Shown here piece by piece: positions 49,601 to 61,600 of a stretch of 64,000 nucleotides of DNA. This DNA is from Asterias rubens (lineage: Eukaryota). Within the stretch, counting starts at the first letter, position 1, and each line of letters opens with the position of its first letter. The translations under genes were made by a program, and so were the position numbers. A model generated the notes under the pieces. The model did not search any database, had not been told where the DNA came from, and saw only the letters and a program-made list of their open reading frames with translations. Location of the stretch: assembly GCF_902459465.1 (NCBI RefSeq), contig NC_047062.1, positions 30,690,001 through 30,754,000 on the forward strand, given 5' to 3'.

Positions 49601-52600
49601 GTGCGTAAATTCTCCTTTTATTTTGATATAAACAAAAGAGTTGGATCACATAATGGATGGATCTAATGGGTAAGCTTGATTCCCCTGTGGTTACTTGTCT
49701 TTATGACGACATCATCTCCTGTATGTTTGTTTACCAGGTTGCCGACGGCTCACTACGCTGTTTTGCCTCATTAGCCGATCGCTTCACCCGCCGTGGAGTG
49801 GACCCCCTTCCATTAGCCAAGCACGGCCTGCCCGAGGAGCTCTTAGAACGATTGGCCAATTGTGGCATGACTGCCGCCATGGCAACGGGAACAAAGACAG
49901 CCGGGGCGGCAGGGACCACCCCGGATGCAAAGGGTAACCCTAACATCTCCACCGTCATCAGTCTCTTGTCGACCTTGTGCAGAGGATCCCCGAGCGTCAC
50001 GCATGTGAGTGATTTTCTGAGATTATACTGAGAAGTGAAATGTTTCTCAAAATCCTTTATACATGTACTTTGAAACACTGATGCTTTTAACGAAAGGTTT
50101 TTATTGTCAAAGACCAGTATTCTCACTTGGTGTATCCCAACATATGCATAAAATAACAAACCTGTAAATTTTTTGGCTCAATTGGTCAACAGAATAATGA
50201 AAGGAAACACCTTGGTTGCAATAGGCGCGTGTGGTGTGGTTTCAGATGCATAATAAAAGGCTTCAGCTGTAGTCTCTTATTATTTGAGTGAGAAATTACC
50301 TCTTTCTGAAAAACTACGTTACTTTAGAGGGAGCCGTTTCTCACAATGTTTTATACTAACAACAGCTACATGTCTCCATTGCTTGTTACCAAGTTTTTAT
50401 GCTAACAATTATTTTTAGTATTTACCAATTAGTGTCCAGTGCCTTTAAGAGTGATTACCAGACTTATACCTTCCATTGAAGTTGCAGATAAAGAGATGTG
50501 ACGCATTGTTTTTGCTTTGTTTTCCTACCAACAGGACTTACTCAGATCTGAGCTTCCAGATGCAATTGAGAAAGCTTTGCAGGGAGATGAGAGGTAAGAC
50601 TAACTTCCGTTCAGTTTCTTATTTTAAATGTCACAATTTCCATGAACCTACATATGAGCAACCGCACTGCCGGTTGTTAGCAGAAAGAAGAATTTGTTTA
50701 AAGACACTGGACTCCTTTGATAATAACGGAAGAAAAAATACCCTTGTCACATGAAGTTGTGTGCTTTCAGATGCTTGATTTCTAGACCTCAAAATCTAAT
50801 TCTGAGGTCTTGAAATCAAATTCATTAAAAATTACTTCTTTCTCGAAAACTACGCCACTTCAGAGGGTGCCCTTTTTTCACAATGTTTTAAACTATCAAC
50901 CTCTCCCCATTACTCGTTTTCAAGTAATGTTTTATGCTGATAATTATTTTGAGTAATTACCAAAATTAGTGTCCACTGCCTTTAAGTTGTGACAAAGCTT
51001 ATAGCATTTTCTGGCTTTGTCACAAGAAATTCTGATCTTACAATTTTTGACTTTCTTCCCCAAGTTTTGGAAGTTTCACTTCAGACAGAAGTTAAGATCT
51101 AGCAGAACGCTACTTTGAACTTTTATTCTCTGGATGAAACCTCTTCGTACAGCATATTTCAGAACAAGTGTTGATAATTGTGGTTGAACGACAAAGATTG
51201 CGCGATGTTCAAAATTTGTGCCTGAGCTATCCTGGGCAAATTTTAAAATTGTGCAATGAAACATAGTTTGCTACATGAACCTTTTTTTTTTGTAGAAAGG
51301 TCATGTGCCCAACAGTACATTGTTTGTTTGCTAATTACTCAAGTTCGACTGGCGTTCTTGCTGAGAACATTTGGAATCTGAATCTCCAGCAATCACTCTG
51401 TTAAAACCGCCAAGTTCTCTTAGACCCTCGGGGGTTGGAATAAGATGAGACTGTACATTTTAACAAGTATGGCCTAATAGAGGTTCCCTTCACTAATAAA
51501 AAGAAGTGCCTTGCCCTTTCGAGGATGCAGTCAAATCACTTTTGTCAAAACATAGAAACATTGTGCTCTGCTCTTGTTCAGTATCTTCATTTATTTGTTT
51601 ATTTATTGCAGACCATAGCCCATCCAGTGTAGTCTGATCATTTGGGGGCAATTATGAAATTAAAATAATAAACAAAAACAATAAAGAGTGTCAACCAATT
51701 ACATCAGAGTGGAACCATGCAATATACATGTAATCCCCTAACGATGTAAAAATTCTAAATCTCTTTTTGAATGAAACATTACATGAAAGCCTGTTAAGTT
51801 TACATACATGTGCCAATTATAGTAAATGAAACCTACATTACTATACATTTGTATACCATGACACTTGAAACATCCAGTGTACCAAGAAATTGAAAATCTG
51901 GTGTTGAATTACTGTATTGCCTGGGATTTTGTTAGCGTGAGGAAATCATTCTATGGAGGTACATTAGGGTTTTAATGTCCTGTATTGTGTGGCCTGGGTT
52001 AAGGCCAACCTACAATAATGTGTTTACAGGTAAGTTGTATTTCCTGCATAGGCTAAGCCAGTTACGCGGAAAAGGATTTCTCTAAAATCACACCGTGTAC
52101 AAGTCACCTTCACAATGGTTAAGGGAATTATAAATAAGGCCTTTAGTTTCCAACAGTGATTTCATTAAAAACTCCTTCATCCAGAGCAGGCAGAAGACTT
52201 TTGTGAAGACTTTTGGTGGGGGTGTGTAAAATTCAGTATGGGAGTAGCCGCCAATTTCACCGAACTCTTCTCTGACTTAGTATTAATCTTAGGACGAGTT
52301 CAGTTCCGTATCTGAAGATGTTTGGATGCATTGAACCTGTCCTAAGTTAGGACAAGTTACTCGTACTAACTCGAGTTACTCATACTAACTCGAGTTACTC
52401 GTACTAACTCGAGTTACTCGTACTAACTCGAGTTACTCGTACTAACTTGAGTTACTCGTACTAACTCGAGATAGGGTTAATCCTAGCGTTTTCTGAAATT
52501 AGCTGCTGGGGTGGATTTCACAAAGAGTTAAGGCTAGTCTTAACTCGAGTTAAGACGAGTAACTTTGGACTAGCCTATAGAAGCTTTTAATATCTCCTAG

Positions 52601-55600
52601 GACTAGTCTTAAGAACATGTAATGTAAGGACTAGTCATAAAAATTGCCATTTAGGCTGGTTTTCTGCTTCAATTTTTTTTCTCTACACAGCTAATTTATT
52701 GACTTGAATATCTCTATGAAAAAATATCTGATAAGAGCTATCATTACCAGATGTGCACCTCTTGAATGTTATTTCATGACAAGTGCACTTAAAAGTGTAG
52801 TTCAAGTACATGTATTAAATTGGGTTCACTTCCTCGGCTCCCTTCCAGTCCCCAAGCTCTACATTAGTGCGCCTCATTAGACTTAAACCTACTGGCAATT
52901 TATCCACTTCCTCAATCCTGCACATTGATTTTTCCCCATTAACTCATGCTTTTTAAAATAAACATTTTTCTCTTTTTCATTTTGCGGATGATCCTCCTTG
53001 GAAAGACTCTTGTCTGAGGAAGTATTGATTAGAATTTCAATTATGTACTTGCATCTTAAGAAGCGGGTACGGGTTCAGGCCTTGAATTAACCCATGGCTA
53101 CCACATCAATTGCCGTGGTACCCTGTGCTGTAGTGCCCTTTGCAAAAGCTCAAAATTACAAATTCACATTTTCCTCACAGAGTGCCCCTTATAAGAGAAA
53201 ACATTGCTGTGCCTCTTCATAAGTGGAAGGTCAAGGCCAAAGTCATTTGGGTGTTAGATTTGAAAATTGTCTGGTACAATGACGTCCTTGATCGTTAGTT
53301 ACCACGTAAATTTGAATTCATCAGACTACATTTGCAAAGCTCAAATGCAAGTTCACATTTTCCTCATAGAGTGCTCCTTACCAGAGAAAATTGCCTTGCC
53401 CCTTCAAAAGTGAAAATCAAGGCCTTTGGTTTGTTTTACTAATTGATGATGGCTTTGTATGTACTTTAGAGATCACCTTCAGCTTAGCACAAAACAATTT
53501 TGACTAAGCAGGAAAAGGTTAGGATCCAAAATGTACTCTGTATCATGTCTTCGCTTGGTGACTGGTTCCCTGCTTATTTTTAAGCAGAAAACATTGTTGA
53601 TCAAATGTCTGCTTAGCAGAAATAAGCAGGATACCATTGAAAACAATTTCATGTGAGATGGTACCTTGGCTGGTTACCCTGGTCTGGTATGCATTATTTT
53701 GCTGCGCTAAGCTACTTTTTGTGCTCTAAGCAGCTCTATGAAATTAAGCCCTGCTGAGTGAGAGTTTTGGCAAGGTTAAAACTAAGAGAGGTTTGTGGTA
53801 ACACCATGTGGCAATCTCTTTTGAGTAGTTTTGGTTCTGTAAAGAACCGGTGGTTAAAGACTCAATGTTCATAGAGCTGCTTAAGCACACAAAGTAGCTA
53901 AGCATAACCAAATTTGTCTTACCAGAATAAGAGAACCAGCCAAATTACCATTCCACATGTTTGAATTGTGACTGTTATCCTGCTCATTTATGCTAAGCAG
54001 TAAATGGTTAAGCAAGATTTGTTACTTTTAAAAGCAGCTCTATGAAATAGGGCCCTGATCGTCTTTGGGAGAAAAAAAAACACCTCCTCTTTTACTTATA
54101 TTCATGAGTAGATTAATACTCCCAGGGTATTCAATCGGCATTGGAGATTATTGAGTTAGATTCATTGATGCAGCTTCTCCCATGAATAACGTTAACACTT
54201 GAAGTCCTTCGAAGCTTTCTGAATTGCTTGCAAAGTAATTCAATTTCCTAGGGTCAGGCGGGGTCTTTAATTCCTGGAAATCAATTTTTAAATTCAATGC
54301 ATAGAAAATTATTATTGTAAAAATATTTTGAGAGATGAAAAGTGTTTATAGCTTGGATGTAATTCAAAGATTGTTTTATGGTGCAAATAAGTTTTTATTT
54401 AAAGGCACACACTATTGGTAATTACATTGTGAGAAACGGCTCCCTCTGAAGTAACGTACACTGTACATGTAGTTTTTGAAAAAGAAGTAATTTCTCACTA
54501 AAATATTTGAATTGATTTTGAGCCTTCAGCTGAGGTCTCGAATTCAAGCATCTGAAAGCACACAACTTGTGCGACAAGGGTGTTTTTTCTTCCATTATTC
54601 CCTCGCAACTTCGACGACCAATTGAGTTCAAATTTTCACAGGTTTGTTACGTTATGCATCGTTGAGATACACCAAGTGAGAAAAGTTGTCTTTGACAATT
54701 GTCAAAGGTGTCCAGTGCCTTCAAGTGATGTTCTGAGAGAAGTTTTATATTACTTGATTGGTTTCAACTCAGATTGCTTGTACTGAGTTACTGAAGACCT
54801 ACATAGTATGGTTTCATTGGTTTTCAAGAAAACATTACATACAAATTTTGGACCTGAGAACAAACGATGTAATAGTATTAATACTAATGATGTGTATTTA
54901 TTATTTCCTTTTTACAATGGACATTAACTTGGGCCCCTTGCAGACAGGAGGCTGATTTGCACAGTGTCAACAGCAAGTAAAAAGCTAAATACACGGTCAA
55001 TAGTTTAAAAAGCACAATTGAAAAGAGAATGTTGGAAGAAACTATAAATAAAAAGTAGGAAGAAACTATAAACAAATAGTTTCTTCCTATTTATCCACAG
55101 CATGTAAAGCTTCAAACAATACTGAAAAAAGAATGGTTTAACAAGTATTTCTATTGAATTAATAATAATAGCAACCAGTTTTTATTGCGCTTTTCACATC
55201 TGAAGGGCTTCTCAAAGCGCTTACACATTATTACCCCTGGTCACTGGGCCTTAAATCATTCCTTAAACCATCTCAGCTCCCTGGGGAGTATACAGTAGAC
55301 TTCGACTGACAATTGTTTGTTTATTTATTTGTCCTTCTGTCCAGGTGTGTTTTAGACACCATGCGATTGGTAGACCTTCTTCTTGTATTACTGTTTGAGG
55401 GTCGGACAGCCTTACCCAAGTCCAACATCGGCACCACGACGCGCACCATGAGTGGCATACGACGTCTTGATAGTGCTGGAGAACGCTCACATCGTCATCT
55501 CATTGATTGTATACGAAGCAAGGATACCGACGCTCTCATAGATGCTATAGATACTGGCGGTAAGGGAACCAGTGATGGTGTCACTGCACAGAAACCTTTT

Positions 55601-58600
55601 GATTTACCCAAATCTAGGGTACGATTTCATCCAGCATTTTTGCATAGCAAAATGTTTCGACTGAACAAGTTTTTGCACACTGAATTGTAATATTGGGTAG
55701 CAAATGAAGATTTTTGAACAGCAACTGATACATCTTGCATAGCATTTTACTCTGCTATACAAGAAAAACTGTTCACTGCCCAAATCACACCATGGGGTGT
55801 CATAGCCAAGCGTGCTAGGGCAAGGACTAAGGTTCTGTAATTTACAGAATATGGGTTCGAATCCTGGCCTGCTCAGTTGCGAGACTTGGGTCTTTTGAGC
55901 AAGACACTTTACCATACTTGGTTCTCTCCACCCAGGAGTACAAATGGGTACCTGGCAACCAGGGCCCAATTTTGATGGCTCTGCTTACCTCCGAATTCTG
56001 CACTTAAGATCACAATTCTCCGCGTGACGTGCAAGCACTGAATTTCTGCGCTAACCTTGTAAGCGTAGAATGCCTAATAATGTGAAGTACACACGCACAG
56101 AAGCCAAAATTCGCCGGTTACCCTTGTAATCTGCTTGCCGTAAGCACAGAATTCCCTGCTTTCGTAAGCGCCGATTCTGTGCTTACGGTAAGCAGAGCCA
56201 TGAAATTGCGCCCTGTCCAGGGGAAAAAGAAATTCTTAGTCATTTAATGCCAAGGAAACCGGATATATCAACACCAAGTCTGATGAGCCATATCGGCTCG
56301 GGACAGACTTTACTTAAGATGAAACCATTTCTCTGTTTGCTTGGGACTGCTTTGAACTATCTTATCCAAGAACTTTTGATCAAAATTTAAACAATTTTTT
56401 TTTCTTCTTTTTTTTCTAATGTAATTTATCTTCCGGAACTTTTTCCCGCTTCTTTATTTTGACAGTGGAAGTTAACTACATGGATGACGTTGGCCAGACG
56501 CTTCTAAACTGGGCGTCTGCTTTTGGAACTCAGGAAATGGTAAGAACATGTTTCAATTTCTGTCCACTGTTTGTTTAAAGGCAAATTATACATTTGGTTT
56601 TTGGAGCTGTTCGATTGTTTTAAAACCTGTATAATGTATACAATAAAACTAAGACATAAACAATTTCGTTTTAAAAGCTGGTCTACTTTTTGAGATATCG
56701 CCGAAAATCAAGAGCGAACATGTCCATGCAGGAAGAAGCACACAATCTGAGAAGCGAAGCTTCTGGGATTCAAATTTGAGCTCGAAAACTTGTTTTCATA
56801 ACCACATTTCTTGGAAGTGAAATGTTTTGCATAATAATTGAGAGTTTTCTGCATGTAGTTCATGTTAACTGATTGATTTCATGCTCTGTTTAATATCAAA
56901 GGTTGAGTTTTTATGTGAACGAGGAGCTGATGTCAATCGAGGTCAGAGGTCATCTTCACTGCACTATGCAGCCTGCTTTGGGCGACCCCAAGTAGCTAAG
57001 GTAGTTTCCTTCAAAGTCTCTCCCATCCTTCATTCTGTTTTTTTTAAACCTCTTATATCTAACGTCCTGTAAAATCAGGACGCTTCATCTACAGACCAAC
57101 AGAAAATTCCTGTCTCAGGATGTTTCATTTTCTTACAACCGCTGATAACAGACATTCAAATGATTGTTAGAATGAAAATGTTTGAAAGTTTCTTTGTGAT
57201 TTGGGTTTAATCATAGAGAAGTCAGAGGTCATCTTCACTGCACTATCCTTCAAACCGGCATAAAGCAATCCCTCCTGCTTGAAAGTTTCTCAGAAACACT
57301 TAAAACGTACTTCTTAAATATGTATTTACAAAGCCAATAGTATCTATGTATGTATCTGTCCTGTCTCATCTTTCAGTCTGTCCTTGTCCAGTCCAAGTCT
57401 TGTCTGTCTCAGGGAAAAGCACTATGAAAAGCACTATGGTTCACATTTTCCTTGCATATTGGTAATAACATTAACAGTATCTTACATGTACATGTAATAA
57501 TGGTGTGTCAATTGATGTTATAGTTTGTATGTAATGGTTAAAATAAATGTTATACATTTGTTTGTTGTTGCCAATATTAGAATAAATGTCTAAACTATTA
57601 AAGGATAAAAATTGACTAAGAGTGGGATTTGAACTGACAACTTCTGGATAAACGTGCCAGCGCTCTACCAACTGAGCTATCTAACCCCCCAGTCGGAAGC
57701 CATACAACCATGTAGCCAGGGATCATACCCAAGTTTTAATACAGCCTGGAAAGCATCAGCCAGGGAAACTGACTGTTTTTTCAAAATTTTAATATTTGTT
57801 ATCAGACTCTTCTACGACACGGTGCCAACCCAGATCTGCGAGATGAGGACGGTAAAACTCCACTAGACAAAGCTAGAGAGAGGAACGATGAAGGTCACCG
57901 AGAGGTCATGCAGATACTTCAATCACCCGGTGAGCAACAAATTATGATAATTGATAAATAATTTTAATCACTTTTTTTAAGCTCTGGTAAAGTAATGTTA
58001 ATAGTATGGTTGGAAAACTAGGCACCATTTTGAAGGCATTAGAGAAACATCTAGGTGAGAGTGGCACAAGTGTGGCACAGCAAACATTTTCTTTTGGACA
58101 ATTACTTGCACTCAGTTGGGAAGGTAGTGCATTCTGCTCTACCAGCCAGACTCCTAGCGAATGATACTCATGCCTTCACAATAATGATGATGAGGCTATT
58201 CGAAACCTTAATATGGAACTTGTAAAACTCAGTACATGGCTCCTAGCAAACAAAGTATGTATTAATGTACTTAAATCAAATTGTATTATTTTTTGTGCCT
58301 ACCAATTCAAGTACACACAATCTGTTCCGCTGATATTGAATAATGCAAGGCTCAGTCAGGTAATAAAAACAAGATTTCTGGGTATAACTATTGATGAAAA
58401 ACTTTCTTGGAAAAATCATATTGACGAAGTAGCTACTTAAATATCCAAGAATATTGGCATAATGAATCGCCAAAAAAATTACCTGCTGAACAGTATTTTA
58501 TTAACATTGTATAATTCACTAGTTCTGCCAAACCTTAATTACTCAATCTTGACCTGGGGCAGTTTTTTTAAATGTAATAAATTACTTTTCTTACAAAAGC

Positions 58601-61600
58601 GAGTGGTTCGTGTCATTTCGAATGCTTGCTACTGTGAGCATTCAGGACCATTATTTGCAGAATTAAACATACTTAAATGTAATGACTTATACCACCTTAA
58701 TTTAAGTAAATTCATGTATAAATGTATGCATAACCTACTTCCTCACTGTCTTAATACTTGTTTTACATTAACTTCAAGTATTCATGCATATAACACTCGT
58801 TGTAGTGCTAAGGGTAATTTATTCGTCCAATTTAATAGAACATCAAAGTCTAAAAACAGTGTTGTCAATCGAGGCATCTCATATTGGAATAGTTTAAATG
58901 ATTCTCTTAAATCTTCACCGTCTTTATCTAGGTTCGTTAAAAACCTAAGAGCTCAGTTCCTTGACTCTTATAGTCTCAAAAGGTGTAACTTGTAAGCTGT
59001 GTTGGACTTGTCTTATATTGTCTTGTCCGCTTCCTTATTCCTTTGTCCTGTCATGGTTCCGTGGTTTTATGTTTGTTATGGTACAAAAGCATTCTGCTTC
59101 ACCTTACACCTACATGTTGTCATTCTGCCGATTATTATTGATTCATTGTGCACCAAATATATTTATTATCTCATGTTACTGTGTTACTTGGGTAATTTCA
59201 ACTTAATATGCTTTTTTTGTAATGAATTGCAGCATTGAAATAAATGTTACTGAATTGAATTGAATTGAATCTTTATCGACTGTGAAGGGGGTAACCCTGT
59301 TTCAGCCCCAGAAGTAGGTGACAACAGTTGATTTAGGTCGATAGCCCAAATTAGTTAAGTGTAGCCCTCACCTTGAATTGGCCGTTGAGCCTTGTGATGG
59401 TAGGTGATTTAAAATAAAAATAAAAAAATCATTTTAAAGAACTCATTTAGGTGCTTTTTGCAAGCGCCGTTCTTATTTATTTTATGAGCAAACAATTCCA
59501 TTTTGAATTTCAGCATGGAGTGCCTAGTTTTGTTTTAGAGCATCACAATAGTTTCAGATTTGACGTTGCCTAATTATAAGCACCACACTAATTAGAAGGT
59601 CTCTCCCCCATAGGTGAATGGATGGTCCCGGTAACACCCACATCTGATGCAGCAGTCTCAAGCCCGGAAGAAGCCACTAAGCCAGAGGGGGAGTCTGACT
59701 TTGCCGAACCAAAGGGTGACCCAGAAATGGCCCCCGTCTACCTCCGCAAACTTCTGCCAATCTTCGCTCAGGTCTACAACAACACCATGATGCCTTCTAT
59801 AAGGTAAATGTACTGTCCTTAGCTTCAACCCAACTATCAAAGCATTTTTTATGAGAGATTGAAATTACTTACACAAAATTCACAACTGTTAGAGTGTTCG
59901 GGTTGGCAAGTGGTATCTTTCCTCGCCTTCCACCTCTAGGACCCTGGTTCGAATCCCACTGGGGGCACTATGTCGATTGGGTTTTCAGTCCCTACCTGAT
60001 TTCGTTGGTTTCCCTGGAATAATTTCTCTCCTGTAGCAGAATATGCCTGCTTAAATGTTTTACAAAATGGACTCCAGGGCCCAATTATAGAGCTGCTCAA
60101 AAGCACAAACATTAACGAAGCACAACGAAATTATGCTTACCAGAATAAGATTACCAACCAAAATATCTTGTCACATGTATCATCTGGGTCAGGTACCCTG
60201 CTTATTTTTGCTTAGCAGAAAACTGTTAAGCAACATATTTTGCTTAAGCAGCTCTATGAAATGACTCCAGGGGTGGATTTCACAAAGAGTTGGGACTAGT
60301 CTTATCTCGAGTTAGGACCAGTTACTCGTCCTAACTTAGGACCATCCATGCAATTTGTATATCTCCTAGGACTAGTCCTAAGTTAGGACTAGTCCTAACT
60401 CTTTGTGAAATCGACCCCTGATGTCTTAATCTTATTGTTTTCATTCTACAGGAAAGCTAGCCTTGCTTTGATACGTAAGATGCTTCACTATACACCGTGC
60501 CCGCTACTGAGCGAGGTGTGTGTTGGGGAGTTAGGCTGCTTCACTCAGGTACTAGTTGAAGTCTTGGCTGCTGTGCTGGACCATGAGGTAAGCTCTTCCT
60601 AAGTGCCATCTAGGGGCCTTTCTTAAATTTTGCTTGGGCTCCGTCCACGTCTTAGGCTCTGCTTGCTACATACTCAGTGGAAACACATTTCGGCCTTCAG
60701 CAGTGTGTATTTTGTATGCGATGGTTTGAACATCAGCAGACAGAGTCCGAAGCCTAAGCCAATGTTTCAGAAAGGCCCCAGGCCTGTTTACCCTGGAATT
60801 ATGCGCATACAGTCACCATTCTCTGCTCACATCCAATTGCATTTAAAGTTAGCACAAAAAACCTTCTAGGCATAGAATAAATCTTACTTAGCTAAAAAAC
60901 AGTTTTACTGCTTAAATTTCATACCGTTAACATTGTTACCAATGGTTCCCAACTCATTTTTCACTGAGTGAAAAAAAGCGCTAACTAGTATTGTCTGCTT
61001 AGCAGTTTTATGAAACTGTGCCATTGTAAACACTATGTAGCAACTGTTTATTGGTATTATTAAGGGTCACAAGAAATCTTGTTAATGCAAGCTGAATTCT
61101 TTCTACTTTAGTCTGATTTCCAATTGTTATTCGCAGTTGGAAATTTCAGGGTAAATCATGATTAAATAGCCCAAAAGGTCTATTAAGGCCTACACCTTGT
61201 GTACATGTAGTTCAGCCCTCATACTCAATGAAATGTTCCTTCTTTTTTCCAAGAACCAAATATCATGCCTGTTAAGATGCATTTGCATGTTTAATACTTC
61301 TATTTATGGAGCTACATGTTTGCTATTACAGGTTGAATGGTTGTTTTACTCCTAATGTTATAATTCTGTTTCTTTATTTTTGTATTTGTCCATTACTGAT
61401 GCCATGTTCAGCGCCCTAGACCATGTCAACATGATTAAGGCACTATATAAGTGTTGGTATTATTTTTATTAATGCCAATGTTAAAGTCATGCCTTCTGAT
61501 ATTTGATACAGGATGATGACGATGGTCACCTGACAGCTCTACAGATCATCCAAGACATCATGCGTAAGGGACAGGAGCTCTTCTTGGATCACTTTGCACG

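Noticed and set aside
56278-56305. CTGATGAGCC-ATATC-GGCTC as a hammerhead ribozyme
   Set aside because: The CUGAUGA box and a hairpin are present, but there is no GAAA box after stem II and no stem I/III.
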